A stretch of 64,000 nt of DNA from NCBI GenBank assembly GCA_021771575.1, contig JAETOX010000003.1, forward strand, positions 10,550-74,549, in the 5' to 3' direction. Of this stretch, positions 48,537 to 59,347 are shown one piece after another. Below the pieces are notes generated by a model, which saw only the letters and a list, made by a program, of their open reading frames with translations, was not told the DNA's origin and ran no database searches. The stretch's first letter is position 1, and each line of letters opens with the position of its first letter. The position numbers were made by a program, and so were the translations under genes. The DNA is from Bacteroides sp. Lineage in GTDB: Bacteria > Bacteroidota > Bacteroidia > Bacteroidales > Marinifilaceae.

Positions 48537-48599
48537 GTGTGACGTCGGCAAACGTCACACCTGATAATTGTCGGTCTCTGGTGAAGACCGGTTTTGTTT
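48537..48599 (+). promoter_or_regulatory. Two hairpins in the fecR-susC leader, the second terminator-like
   Basis: GTGTGACGT-CGGCAA-ACGTCACAC (48537-48560) and CGGTCT-CTGGTGA-AGACCG followed by GTTTTGTTT (48572-48599). Confidence 0.5.
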
Positions 48600-48618
48600 A
48601 ACTCAAACATACAAGTTT

Positions 48619-51600
48619 ATGAAAAAAAGCAGGGAAGAAAAAGAGAAACCGGAAAAATTATTCCGGTGGGGATCGTTTTCGCTTCGAATGGTGGTGTGCA
48701 TGATGTGGCTGGGGTTGCCCGGAATATTATCGGCCCAGCAATCGGTATCCTTCCGTTTGGAAAAAGTGAATCTCAAACAAGCGTTACAGGTTTTAAAAGA
48801 AAAAACCGGGGTTAATTTTGTTTACAACACAAAGGACGTAGACGACGGGACGATTGTATCGGCCAACGTAGATGACCAGTCGCTCGAAGAGGCACTAAGC
48901 CTTCTGTTGGATCAAACGCCTTATGTGTACGAGCAGGTAAAAGATTATTTTCTGATCAAAAAAGGGAATAAGTCCGCTACTACCGATAGTCGTACGGTGA
49001 GAGGGATTGTTCGGGACGAACAGGGAAATCCTATGCCAGGGGTGAATGTGAGGATTGACGGAACTTATATCGGGCAATCGACCAATGAAAAAGGGGAGTT
49101 TATCCTGAACGGCCTGAAAGAAGGAAATGTATTGGTATTTTCTTTTTTAGGCTATAAAGAGGTAAAGTCAGTGATCGGAAAGCAGGAAGTGTTGGAGATC
49201 GATTTGCAGCCATCCACCATTGAAGTGGAAGAGGTGGTTGTCACTGGTATGTTCAATCGCCGCGCTGAAAGTTTTACCGGTTCAGCGACAACCGTCAAAG
49301 GTGATGAGTTGCGCCGGGTAGGTAATCAGAACCTATTGGCCAGCTTGAAAAACATCGACCCTTCGTTTGTGATCACCGATAATCTGGAGTTCGGTAGTGA
49401 CCCGAACAAATTGCCGGAAATCCATTTGCGGGGAAGAACGTCCATTCCCAGTCTACGGGGCGATTATGAGGGTAATCCCAATCAGCCTTTATTTATTCTG
49501 GACGGTTTTGAAACAACGATGGAAAAAGTGTACGATTTAAATATGAATCTGGTGGCGAGCGTCACTCTTTTGAAAGACGCTGCCGCTAAGGCGATTTATG
49601 GGGCCAAGGCGGCGAATGGCGTAGTGGTCATCGAAACGGTACGTCCTCAGGAAGGACGCTTACGGGTGTCTTACACTGGTAGCGTGGATATTACGGTGCC
49701 AGACCTGACGAGTTACAATTTGTGTAATGCTTCGGAAAAATTGCAGGCAGAAGTGTTGGCCGGCAAATATACTTCAAGTAGTCCCGCTGAGCAGGCAAAG
49801 TTGGATGCTGTTTATAACGAGTTGTATAATGAAATTGCCCGTGGAGTGAATACCTATTGGTTGTCGCAGCCTTTGCGGACAGGTGTCGGGCAGAAGCATT
49901 CGCTCTATATCGATGGCGGTGACGAAGCGATGCGTTATTCTGCCAATTTCAGTTACAATCGCATTAACGGTGTGATGAAAGGTTCCGATCGTAATACACT
50001 TTCCGGTATGGTGACGCTTTCTTATCGTTACAAAACATTACTGTTCCGTAATAACTTGTCCGTAGATCATAATAAGGCTTATAATTCGCCTTACGGTTCA
50101 TTTTCCAGTTTTGCCGAGATGAATCCATATCTCCGCATATATGACGAAAAAGGGGCATTGATAAAGGATTATGGTAATAATATATATAATCCGCTTTACA
50201 ACGCTACGATCGGAACGAAGGACTACAGTAACTATACGACTGTTACCGAAAATTTCTACGGTGAATGGAGTGCGTTGAAGAATCTGAAACTGACGGCTAG
50301 GGTGGGACTTACTTTGAAGAATGATGATAGCGATGTTTTTAAACCCGCCTCCCATACCGATTATGCTTCTATACAGACGTGGGATAGCAATTATGCCAGC
50401 CGCGGTGAATACCGGAAAACTTCGGGCAAAGCGTTGAATTTGGCGGTAGACGCAGGGGTGAATTATACTTTGGAAAAGGGACGGCACATGTTGTTTGCGA
50501 ATGGAACATACAGTCTTACCCAAACGAAAAGTGAAAGCTATGGAACAGTGGCCGTCGGCTTCCCGTCGGACAAACTAGACTTCATTACAGCGGGTAATAG
50601 TTACAGCACGAGCGGTAAACCTACTGGCAGTGAGAGTACTATCCATACAGTTGGTTTTACGATGGCACTTAACTATTCGTATGACAACCGTTACCTGGCA
50701 GATGCTTCCTGGCGGGCTAACGGCTCATCACAATTCGGTGCCAACCAGCGTTTCGGTTATTTTTGGTCGGCCGGTTTGGGATGGAACGTTCACAACGAGA
50801 AGTTTATGCAAGATCAGACGGTGGTAAATTTGTTGAAAATCAGGGGATCGATCGGTTATACCGGTTCGCAGAACTTTGGTGCCTATCAGGCTATTCCGAC
50901 TTATCGATACATTACAGACAGCAACTACAAAGGAGAAATCGGTATGATTTTGAGTGGCTTAGCCAACAAAGATTTGCAATGGCAGCAACAATATGACCGG
51001 AATGCCGGTTTCGATTTGACACTTTTTAATCGCTTGTCGGTTCGGGCGGATTTTTATTCCAATATCACGAAAGATTTACTCACCGATATTTCGGTGGTAC
51101 CTTCTACCGGTTTTTCTACCTATAAAGATAATTTGGGCGAGACAATCAACAACGGGTGGCAAATCGGATTGAATTATCGGGTATATTCCAAGGAAGATTT
51201 GTATGTAAATGTCAGTGCAAATCTCCTGCATAATACCAACAAAGTGCGTAAGATTGCCGATTATTTAAAAGCATACAATGCGGCTATCGATGAAAAGAAA
51301 GATGAATGGACAACTTCCAATTCCGGAGCTAGTGAGGACTTATTGAAGATACAGCGTGACCCTTCCACCCGTTATGAGGAGGGCCAGAGCCTTTCCGCTA
51401 TTTGGGCGGTGCGTTCATTGGGCATCGACCCAGTGACCGGAAAGGAGATCTTCCTGAAGCGGGATGGAAAGACGACGACTACCTGGTCGGCAGCTGATCA
51501 AGTGGTTTGCGGAGATACAGAGCCGAAATTGAATGGCAATTTCGGTATAAATGCAGGCTGGCGTGGTTTGGCAGTATCGTTGGCATTTACTTTCAAAGTT

Positions 51601-51972
51601 GGCGGACAAATGTATAATTCCACTTTGGTCAATAAAATCGAGAATGTAGATGTCAAAAATAAAAACGTCGACCTTAGGGCATTGACCGAACGCTGGAACA
51701 CACCCGGTGTGGAGACCCGCTTCAAAGGAATCGGCGATAATAGTACGACGAAATCTACCTCCCGTTTTGTGGAAGATTTGAACGAGTTGGTCTTGTCATC
51801 GGTGAATATTACATACGACTTAAATCAGGTGATTCGCAAAATGCCTTTTGAGAATGTGCGTTTCACATTCAACATGAGCGACATTGGGCGTTTGAGCACC
51901 ATGAAACAGGAACGGGGAACCGCTTATCCTTTTGCCCGTACTTTCTCGGTGGGATTGACAGCGGATTTTTAA
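48619..51972 (+). CDS. SusC/RagA TonB-dependent transporter with STN domain
   Basis: EEVVVTGM..RAESFTGS, NQPLFILDG, LKDAAAKAIYGAKAANGVVVIET, LQWQ, C-terminal RTFSVGLTADF. Start moved to ATG 48619. Confidence 0.96.
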   Translation: MKKSREEKEKPEKLFRWGSFSLRMVVCMMWLGLPGILSAQQSVSFRLEKVNLKQALQVLKEKTGVNFVYNTKDVDDGTIVSANVDDQSLEEALSLLLDQTPYVYEQVKDYFLIKKGNKSATTDSRTVRGIVRDEQGNPMPGVNVRIDGTYIGQSTNEKGEFILNGLKEGNVLVFSFLGYKEVKSVIGKQEVLEIDLQPSTIEVEEVVVTGMFNRRAESFTGSATTVKGDELRRVGNQNLLASLKNIDPSFVITDNLEFGSDPNKLPEIHLRGRTSIPSLRGDYEGNPNQPLFILDGFETTMEKVYDLNMNLVASVTLLKDAAAKAIYGAKAANGVVVIETVRPQEGRLRVSYTGSVDITVPDLTSYNLCNASEKLQAEVLAGKYTSSSPAEQAKLDAVYNELYNEIARGVNTYWLSQPLRTGVGQKHSLYIDGGDEAMRYSANFSYNRINGVMKGSDRNTLSGMVTLSYRYKTLLFRNNLSVDHNKAYNSPYGSFSSFAEMNPYLRIYDEKGALIKDYGNNIYNPLYNATIGTKDYSNYTTVTENFYGEWSALKNLKLTARVGLTLKNDDSDVFKPASHTDYASIQTWDSNYASRGEYRKTSGKALNLAVDAGVNYTLEKGRHMLFANGTYSLTQTKSESYGTVAVGFPSDKLDFITAGNSYSTSGKPTGSESTIHTVGFTMALNYSYDNRYLADASWRANGSSQFGANQRFGYFWSAGLGWNVHNEKFMQDQTVVNLLKIRGSIGYTGSQNFGAYQAIPTYRYITDSNYKGEIGMILSGLANKDLQWQQQYDRNAGFDLTLFNRLSVRADFYSNITKDLLTDISVVPSTGFSTYKDNLGETINNGWQIGLNYRVYSKEDLYVNVSANLLHNTNKVRKIADYLKAYNAAIDEKKDEWTTSNSGASEDLLKIQRDPSTRYEEGQSLSAIWAVRSLGIDPVTGKEIFLKRDGKTTTTWSAADQVVCGDTEPKLNGNFGINAGWRGLAVSLAFTFKVGGQMYNSTLVNKIENVDVKNKNVDLRALTERWNTPGVETRFKGIGDNSTTKSTSRFVEDLNELVLSSVNITYDLNQVIRKMPFENVRFTFNMSDIGRLSTMKQERGTAYPFARTFSVGLTADF

Positions 51973-51990
51973 TTTTAAAATAGGAATGTC

Positions 51991-53421
51991 ATGGGAAATA
52001 AAATTTTATATACGGTTTTAGGATTAACGCTGTTGGTGTTGTCGGCATGCAACGATTGGTTGAATGTTAGTCCGAAAGAAGAAGTAAAAGTGGATGAGAA
52101 CTTCGAACACGAATCTGGTTTTAAAGAAGCGTTGGCGGGATGTTATATGTTATTGAAATCTACATCGCTTTACGGCCGTGAACTGACTTACGGAATGGCA
52201 GATGTATTGGCACAGCAGTGGGGAAGTTTACCATCAACCAATAATCATTATGATTTGTCACGATATGATTATGCATCCGCCAATTCAGAAGAGCTTATCG
52301 GCAAGGTATGGTCGGAGGCTTACAATGTCATAGTTAATGCTAATGTATTGATTGAACATGTCGATGTAGCTTCAGAAGCTATTTTCACGGCAAATAACCG
52401 GTCGATTATCAGGGGAGAGGCTTATGCGTTGCGTGCCATGATTCACTTTGATTTGCTGCGGCTGTTCGCTCCGTCGCCGTTGCAAGGTGCCGACCAACGG
52501 GGAATTCCTTATGTAACCATTTACGGAAAGGATACGACGGCATTCTCTACCGTAGCGGTTTGTCTGGAACGGATATTGTCCGACCTGGCGACGGCGGCTT
52601 CAGAATTAAAGGTCGACCCGGTCAATGAACAGCGCGAAGAAGTCGTGGACGATCAGAGTTATTTGCAAAATCGGGGGTATAAACTGAATTATTATGCCGT
52701 ACGACTTTTGCAGGCACGTGTCAATCTTTACAAAGGGGATTGCGGTGCAGCCTTGGAAGCAGCCAGAGAAATTATCGGACAACGTTATTTTACCTGGACC
52801 CCTTCCCATGAAATTACTACCACGAATGAAGATTTGCGAAATCGGGTGTTTACACAAGAATTGCTTTTCGGAGTGTATGCGACGGATTTGGCAAACCGGT
52901 ATGATGAAGATTTTACCCGGGTATTTGTGAAAGGAGATTATTATTGGGGAAATCTTTTTGAGACCTCCAGGGCTGGGTATTCCGGGGATTACCGTTATGC
53001 TTATCTGACCTCTCCTTCTGCTGATGGTTATAGTCGTTATTCTTCGAAACTGAGGCAGCAAACCGGAAATGTCCAGGCCTCGGACTACGGTAATACCTTA
53101 CCTTTGCTTCGTTTGTCGGAGGCTTATTATATTGCGGCCGAAGCAGCTTTCAGACAGTCGGGCGAAGTGACGGACGGTATCGGTTATCTGAATGCAGTGC
53201 GTACCCAACGCAATATTATGGAGGAATTGCCATCCACTTTAACATCCGATGAATTCCGGGAGGAGATCAGGAAGGAATATGCCAAGGAGTTTATTGCCGA
53301 AGGACAACTGTTTTTTTATTATAAACGTACTGACCGACCTTCGATTCCTGATTATTGGGGGAATTTTACGGCAGAAAAATATGTATTGCCCATTCCTTCA
53401 GAAGAAATTACAAACCGTTAA
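51991..53421 (+). CDS. SusD/RagB lipoprotein
   Basis: Lipobox LSAC-NDWLNVSP, GEAYALRAMIHFDLLRLF, LRLSEAYYIAAE, EYAKEFIAEGQLFFYYKR. Confidence 0.93.
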   Translation: MGNKILYTVLGLTLLVLSACNDWLNVSPKEEVKVDENFEHESGFKEALAGCYMLLKSTSLYGRELTYGMADVLAQQWGSLPSTNNHYDLSRYDYASANSEELIGKVWSEAYNVIVNANVLIEHVDVASEAIFTANNRSIIRGEAYALRAMIHFDLLRLFAPSPLQGADQRGIPYVTIYGKDTTAFSTVAVCLERILSDLATAASELKVDPVNEQREEVVDDQSYLQNRGYKLNYYAVRLLQARVNLYKGDCGAALEAAREIIGQRYFTWTPSHEITTTNEDLRNRVFTQELLFGVYATDLANRYDEDFTRVFVKGDYYWGNLFETSRAGYSGDYRYAYLTSPSADGYSRYSSKLRQQTGNVQASDYGNTLPLLRLSEAYYIAAEAAFRQSGEVTDGIGYLNAVRTQRNIMEELPSTLTSDEFREEIRKEYAKEFIAEGQLFFYYKRTDRPSIPDYWGNFTAEKYVLPIPSEEITNR

Positions 53422-53429
53422 TACTGAAT

Positions 53430-54197
53430 ATGATGAAATATACAATTGGAATTTTATTCGGAATATGCCTGTTGGCAGGATGCGAAAAGAATGAAGTGCC
53501 TGCTTATTCCGACCTCGATAAGGTGTATTTTTACGAACGTCGTCCTAATCCGTATAATGCTTCTGTCATGGAACGGGCGGAGGAAGTGAGTTATTCGTTT
53601 GCTACAAAAAACAGTACTTTAACCGAGGGACGTCTTGAAATCAAAGTGCGTTTACAGGGACGTGTCGACAAACAACGCGATCGGATTGTCCGGGCGGAAG
53701 TGATTGCTGACAGTACGACTGCAATAGAGGGGACTCATTATCGTTTGGAAGAAGGGGTAATCAAAGCCGGGGAATATGAAGGAATATTGCCTTTGACTTT
53801 CTATCGTACCTCGGATATGAAAACGGAAACTTACCGTGTTAAACTGCGGATAGCCGATAGCGATGATTTGAAAGCAGGTTTAGAAGAAGATGCATATATC
53901 CGCGTATGGGTGAGCGATATTTTGATGAGACCGGCAAATTGGCCGCAATGGTATGGCTTTGGGGAATACAGTCCTAATAAGTATCGTTTTGTTTTGGATG
54001 TGTTAGGTATTGAAGACTTTCCGGTGTTGGGACGTTACGATACAGGATATGTTGAAGGTAAGTTTGCAACGGGACAATTGTGGGCATTTGCTTATCAGCT
54101 GCAAGAGGCGTATAAAGAGCATCGTGTAAAGTATGGCCCTATTTATATGGATGACAATGCCGACCCGAAAGTAGAAATCAGTTTTAATAACAACTAA
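53430..54197 (+). CDS. SusCD-associated Ig-like lipoprotein (DUF4843-like)
   Basis: Lipobox LAGC, TAIEGTHY, FGEYSPNKYRF. Located after susD. Confidence 0.7.
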   Translation: MMKYTIGILFGICLLAGCEKNEVPAYSDLDKVYFYERRPNPYNASVMERAEEVSYSFATKNSTLTEGRLEIKVRLQGRVDKQRDRIVRAEVIADSTTAIEGTHYRLEEGVIKAGEYEGILPLTFYRTSDMKTETYRVKLRIADSDDLKAGLEEDAYIRVWVSDILMRPANWPQWYGFGEYSPNKYRFVLDVLGIEDFPVLGRYDTGYVEGKFATGQLWAFAYQLQEAYKEHRVKYGPIYMDDNADPKVEISFNNN

Positions 54198-54207
54198 TAC
54201 AAACGAT

Positions 54208-55773
54208 ATGAGATATAAATTTTTAGCAATATGGACAATTGCGCTTGCATTGGGCAGTTGCTATGATGATAAGGGAAATTATACCTATTCAGAAATTAAT
54301 GAAATCATCATCGATACTGTTGGCAAACAAACTGAATTCGAGGTATATCAGTTTGATATTCTCGATATTCCTGTCGATATTCGTTTTGCTTTGGAAGAAG
54401 TGTCCGATGAAGACATGGAATATAGATGGACGATATATAGTAATGCAGCAACCGGAAATGTTGCTGCCGAAGTAATCGGAACGGAGCGGAATCTACACAG
54501 TGTGATCCGGCAGCCCTCCAGTGCAGATAGTTATTCGCTTGTTTTACAGGCAAAAAACAAACTCACCGGTATAGCAACACAAATGTCTTATACGCTTCAT
54601 GTAACCTCTCAGATCCTTTCGGGATTAGTAGTGCTTCATACAGATGGGGCACAGAGTGATATCGATTACATTGCAACTCCTCGGGCTGTACCAACTGTAA
54701 CAACTTCGCGCCATATCCGGAATGCTTATTTTACGGCTAATAATCAGAAACTTCCGGGTACACCAGCCTTTGTTGGGGCTGTTCGGGTGAATAATCAGGC
54801 AGCGATAAATTCGGTATATATCGGTATGCAGGAAGAACTTTACAAAGTGTCGGGTAAAACTTTTGAATTGGAATATCTTTCAGAAGCCATGTTTCCGGTG
54901 AAGCCCGCAGTTTATAATTTTCAGCATTTCTTGGCTCTGAGTCGTACCGCCAATACGCAATTTATCATCAATGACGGACAAGTACATAACATTGCCGGTC
55001 AGTCGCCTTTTGAAATTACGTTTTCCTCTGCGTTGGAGACAAACGAAGCCTTGAATGCTGTTGATCTGGCCCCTTTTATTTATATCCCTGCTGTATTTTC
55101 TTCGACAACGAAATTCGAGGCTGTTTTTTATGATCGTCTCGGACAGCGTTTTGTGATGCGGCCGCAAAATAATATGCCCACCGCAAAATTGATGCCTTTT
55201 ATAGCACAAGCCTCTTCTGTTTTTGATGTAAATGACATTGGGATGGATATATGGTGGTTTGAACGGGGATATCAGGATTATGGATATGCGGTGTTTGAAG
55301 ATCATGCCGGCGGACGTTGGCTTTATGTGGCCGACTTCAATAAAGCGATGGATGCAACGATGGCTGTGAAGAAATGTGATATGAGGGCATGTCCTGAGAT
55401 TGCAGATGCCCGGTTTTATTCGACGGGCAGCCGTGGACCAGTGTTTGTATATGCTACAGAAAAGAACATCTATACTTTTGATTATGACGGTTCCAATCAG
55501 GCAGTCTTGATAAATGAACCGTTCGGGCAAAACGAAGTCATTACTGCCATGCAGATACATAAACCGTATGCGACTACCAATGATTTGGGGAATGCAGATG
55601 GGACTTTGTTGTATGTAGCCACTTGGGATGGGCAGGAAGGACGTCTGTACGAATTTTCGTTGAATGAGACGAACGGTTATTTGCGGGACAAGAAGCCTTT
55701 GGAGGTATTCGACGGGATGGGTCGGATTGTGGATTTTTGTTTCAAAGTACAAGGTGTGGGGGTTGGTTCTTAA
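54208..55773 (+). CDS. PKD-like family lipoprotein (Ig domain plus beta-rich C-terminus)
   Basis: LGSC-YDDKGNYTY signature, EYRWTIY. Confidence 0.8.
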   Translation: MRYKFLAIWTIALALGSCYDDKGNYTYSEINEIIIDTVGKQTEFEVYQFDILDIPVDIRFALEEVSDEDMEYRWTIYSNAATGNVAAEVIGTERNLHSVIRQPSSADSYSLVLQAKNKLTGIATQMSYTLHVTSQILSGLVVLHTDGAQSDIDYIATPRAVPTVTTSRHIRNAYFTANNQKLPGTPAFVGAVRVNNQAAINSVYIGMQEELYKVSGKTFELEYLSEAMFPVKPAVYNFQHFLALSRTANTQFIINDGQVHNIAGQSPFEITFSSALETNEALNAVDLAPFIYIPAVFSSTTKFEAVFYDRLGQRFVMRPQNNMPTAKLMPFIAQASSVFDVNDIGMDIWWFERGYQDYGYAVFEDHAGGRWLYVADFNKAMDATMAVKKCDMRACPEIADARFYSTGSRGPVFVYATEKNIYTFDYDGSNQAVLINEPFGQNEVITAMQIHKPYATTNDLGNADGTLLYVATWDGQEGRLYEFSLNETNGYLRDKKPLEVFDGMGRIVDFCFKVQGVGVGS

Positions 55774-55816
55774 AAAGTTTAATCAAGAGTTTAGAAACTT
55801 GCAAATAAAAAAAATA

Positions 55817-57805
55817 ATGAACAAATGGATACTATTTTGCCTGATACTATGCTTTGGGGGAAATTGGGCGAATGCACAGTCAATTTATAACAGGAAATAT
55901 TTGGTGGCAGGGCAAACAGTGGAGGTTACCTATCATCCTGTCGGGACCTCCTTGGAAAAGGCAAAAGATGTAAAGGCCGTTATGTACCTTTGGAAAGATT
56001 ATGCGTGGGAAGCGGATGAATTGGAAATGACGTGGCAGGACACCTGTTGGACAGGCCATTATCGCATCCCGCTTGGCACAGCATTGCTTTGTCCCGTTTT
56101 TCGGAGTGGGGAAATCCTTGATAAAGGAGGAAAGAGAACGTATGCGCAGATGGTGTTCGACCCGGCAACCAGACAACAATATCCGGGCGGATATGTCGGT
56201 TGGGGTATTTTGCGGAATCCGTTGTTGTCGGCAACTTATGGAGTGCCGGAGTATTGCGATGACGACAACCGCATCGGTGATGACGTAATGTTCTATTGGA
56301 TAAAACAGCAGTTGCAATATTTTCCGCAGGAACGGGCAAACGTATTGAAATACGTAGTGCCGGTGTTAAAGGCTTTAGGGCGTGATAGTGTCGAAATGCG
56401 TCGGATTGTACGGGGAGAGACGGAATTTATTCTTGGTGACACGGCTTCCACAGAACAGCAAATTATCGATGCCATGCGGTTGGTGCGGAATGAATTACAG
56501 GACGATTCACTTTGTGGGGCATTGGAGACCAAGGCGTTGAATAAATTCCCCCAAGGATTGTTGGCGCGCAACCGGGCTGTCCGTCAAATCTGTATGGATC
56601 CTGCTATGAAAAACGACGTGCGGATTCCGGCAATCAAAAATTTGATTCATCGCTTCCCTCCTGAACTTTATGCCGGATTGCAAAACGAGGGCGACAAGAT
56701 GTATTACGACTTGCTGCGCGGATACGTTTATATGCCGGTTGTAGAGGCAAAAGACTATTCCGCCCTGTATGAGTGTATGAAAGCTTCTCCCTCGTGGTTG
56801 CTGGGCACCTACTTTTGGCATTTGGTGCAACTCCCGTATCGGAATGGTGAGATGAATGCCGGGAAACTCGAACCGATTGCCACGGCCTTGGTAAACGAGA
56901 TATTCAGCCACCGGCAGGAGGGAGCCGACCGCTTGGTGCCTCCTTCGGATTTTCGGGCAAATTTATACAGAATTCATGCAAATGCTTTTTTCACTTATGC
57001 GCAGATATTGGCCGATTGCGGACAAAAGGCAGAGGCCTTGGATTGGGTGGAGAAAATCAGACCGTCTTTCGGTTACCGCGATGCCTCGTTCAATGAATTT
57101 TATACCCAGCTCTTGAATGCAACCGGTCACCCTGACGAAGTGACCACTGTATTAGAAAAGAGTGTCGGCGAGAATGCCGCTACCCAAGCGATGCTGGATG
57201 CGCTGCGTGAGGCATATGTTTCCGGACATGGGGTGGCAGAGGGGTTTGAGGAATACATTGATGGTCTCAAATCGCCCGAAGGACAGCGAGCCCTTCGGGA
57301 AAAAGTGAGACAAGAAATGCGCAAGGAGAAGATTGCTGATTTTGAAATGAAAAATCTCAGGGGCAAAGTTATCCGTTCTGCCTCCCTGAAAGGTAAAATC
57401 CTCGTACTCGACTTTTGGGCCACGTGGTGTGCCCCTTGTAAAGCAGCATTGCCCGCTATGCGCATGGCCGTCCATAAATTCAGCAAAGACAAAGGCGTGG
57501 CTTTCTATTTTGTAACCACACAGGAGAAAGCAGCCGGATTGGCAGAGAAAGTGCAGAAGTTTGTCAAAGAGAAAGACTATACCGATATGAATTTCGTGTG
57601 TGACCTGCCCGGTGACGGAAAAGTGAACGATAAACTGTATAATGCTTTGGCTCGACAATTTCATTTCTCCGGTATTCCGTTGAAAGTGGTAATTGACGGA
57701 GCAGGTAATTTACGCTGGTGCTCCGTCGGCTATATGGGTAGTCCGACGGAATTAGTAGATGAGATTACGTTCGTCATCGATGAAATCAAAAAAGAAAGCA
57801 AATGA
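55817..57805 (+). CDS. Large TlpA-family disulfide reductase (WCAPC)
   Basis: Signal peptide MNKWILFCL...ANA, long helical N-terminal region, LKGKILVLDFWATWCAPC, SGIPLKVVID. Confidence 0.88.
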   Translation: MNKWILFCLILCFGGNWANAQSIYNRKYLVAGQTVEVTYHPVGTSLEKAKDVKAVMYLWKDYAWEADELEMTWQDTCWTGHYRIPLGTALLCPVFRSGEILDKGGKRTYAQMVFDPATRQQYPGGYVGWGILRNPLLSATYGVPEYCDDDNRIGDDVMFYWIKQQLQYFPQERANVLKYVVPVLKALGRDSVEMRRIVRGETEFILGDTASTEQQIIDAMRLVRNELQDDSLCGALETKALNKFPQGLLARNRAVRQICMDPAMKNDVRIPAIKNLIHRFPPELYAGLQNEGDKMYYDLLRGYVYMPVVEAKDYSALYECMKASPSWLLGTYFWHLVQLPYRNGEMNAGKLEPIATALVNEIFSHRQEGADRLVPPSDFRANLYRIHANAFFTYAQILADCGQKAEALDWVEKIRPSFGYRDASFNEFYTQLLNATGHPDEVTTVLEKSVGENAATQAMLDALREAYVSGHGVAEGFEEYIDGLKSPEGQRALREKVRQEMRKEKIADFEMKNLRGKVIRSASLKGKILVLDFWATWCAPCKAALPAMRMAVHKFSKDKGVAFYFVTTQEKAAGLAEKVQKFVKEKDYTDMNFVCDLPGDGKVNDKLYNALARQFHFSGIPLKVVIDGAGNLRWCSVGYMGSPTELVDEITFVIDEIKKESK

Positions 57806-58926
57806 GAAATATATTCATATTCACTTTCCTGTTTTGCTGTTTACAGATATTCCCGGCATCTGCCCGGGAATATCCGTTTCCGGCATCAGACACGATTGCA
57901 TTTCCGGCGGGATGCGAAACCCATGAAATAATGATACCGGTAAACGATACCATTTGTCTGGCGGGTACGCTAACAATTCCGGTAGATGGACAAGCGTTAC
58001 ATCCGGCGGTAGTCATTGTTTCCGGTACGGGAAAACAGGATCGGGATGGAAAGTTTGGCAACCATCGTCCCTTCCGCCATATAGCTGCTTATTTGGCTTC
58101 GCAGGGCATTGCCGTATTGAGGACAGATGACCGTGGTACGGGGCAATCCACCGGTGTGTATGCCGAGGCAACTACCCGCGATTTTGCGGATGACGCTTTG
58201 CTGATGGTAGCCGCACTGAAAAAGCAGCCGGGTATCGATTCCCGACGCATCGGACTACTCGGGCATAGCGAAGGAGGCGCTGCCGTGATGATGGCGGCGA
58301 AGAATTCTTCCGATGTAGCATTTGTCATCACTTTGGCGGGTTTGGCAACAGACGGCCTTACCGCTTTGAAGTTGCAGAATAACGGATTGATTCGTGCTGC
58401 TCGCCATCAAAATGATACGTGGAAACAAGCAAACATCGCTTTCCTCGACCGGTTATTCGGATGGGTGGCAGCTGTGCCTGCCGGTCAGCGGCTGGAGGAA
58501 CCGCTGAAAGCGAAATATAACGAATGGTTGAAGCAGCAGCCGGATACTCTGTTGAAAATACTGAACTTGAAGTATCGGGAAGATATTTATATTGGCCGTT
58601 ATCTCCAGACTGCCGACACCCGCTGGTACCGGGAAATGATGGCCTACGAACCGGCAAATTATATTCCTTTTGTGCAAATACCCGTACTGGCATTCTATGG
58701 AGAGAAGGATGTGATGGTGCCCGCTACTGAAAACAGTGAAAATCTTGAACGTCTGTTGAAACAAGGAGGAAACACCCGTTACCGGATTATCAATATGCCC
58801 GGACTTAATCACATGATGCAACATTGTACTTACGGTACTCCCGACGAATATATTACCCTGGAAGAAGATATTGCTCCCGAAGTACTTCACTTGATAGGGA
58901 AATGGGTTGAGGGAAAATATAAATAA
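57802..58926 (+). CDS. Secreted alpha/beta hydrolase (S9/S33-like peptidase or esterase)
   Basis: GTLTIP, SGTGKQDRD, DDRGTG, nucleophile GHSEGG, GEKD, PGLNH. ATGA overlap with tlpA. Confidence 0.88.
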   Translation: MRNIFIFTFLFCCLQIFPASAREYPFPASDTIAFPAGCETHEIMIPVNDTICLAGTLTIPVDGQALHPAVVIVSGTGKQDRDGKFGNHRPFRHIAAYLASQGIAVLRTDDRGTGQSTGVYAEATTRDFADDALLMVAALKKQPGIDSRRIGLLGHSEGGAAVMMAAKNSSDVAFVITLAGLATDGLTALKLQNNGLIRAARHQNDTWKQANIAFLDRLFGWVAAVPAGQRLEEPLKAKYNEWLKQQPDTLLKILNLKYREDIYIGRYLQTADTRWYREMMAYEPANYIPFVQIPVLAFYGEKDVMVPATENSENLERLLKQGGNTRYRIINMPGLNHMMQHCTYGTPDEYITLEEDIAPEVLHLIGKWVEGKYK

Positions 58927-58946
58927 ACAGGAATATCCAGGAAATA

Positions 58947-59007
58947 ATACAAAATCAGCCAACTGATTCCTTCTCAAAATATAATGGATCAGTTGGCTGA
59001 TTTGTAT
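58947..59007. terminator. Long hairpin ending the second SusCD operon
   Basis: ATACAAAATCAGCCAACTGAT...ATCAGTTGGCTGATTTGTAT, about 20-bp stem with one bulge. Confidence 0.75.
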
Positions 59008-59347
59008 CTTCAGGTATTCCCCCGCAAATAAGGTTGGGTGGCCCAAACGGGGGAAATATCCAAACTAAGGTATAGCCAAGATACAAAATATTTCAGGAAT
59101 CCACCCTACTTTAGGTTTTACAGGATCCGGTGACTTGGAAAAATATCGTAAAGGTTTTAATGGAGGTAGAACTGGCCGCCTTCCTTCCGTGTTTCCATTC
59201 GACAATATAGCCAAAGGAGGCGGTCTGTCACATCATCGCCACTGCCTTTGCTATCACAAACAGTGAGATAAAAAGTCGCTATATTGGATCTTCACCGGAT
59301 CAAATTTGTCTATCGGTAATTATGCTCTGTAAAAACTCTAACGTTAC

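Noticed and set aside
54880-55752. 290-aa minus-strand ORF
   Set aside because: Antisense shadow of the PKD-like lipoprotein gene with no motifs or start context.
59100-59260. Cobalamin riboswitch (GCCACTG at 59238-59244, ATCCGGTG upstream)
   Set aside because: Core motifs are incomplete and wrongly spaced. It lies downstream of, and opposite to, the cob operon with no gene to control.
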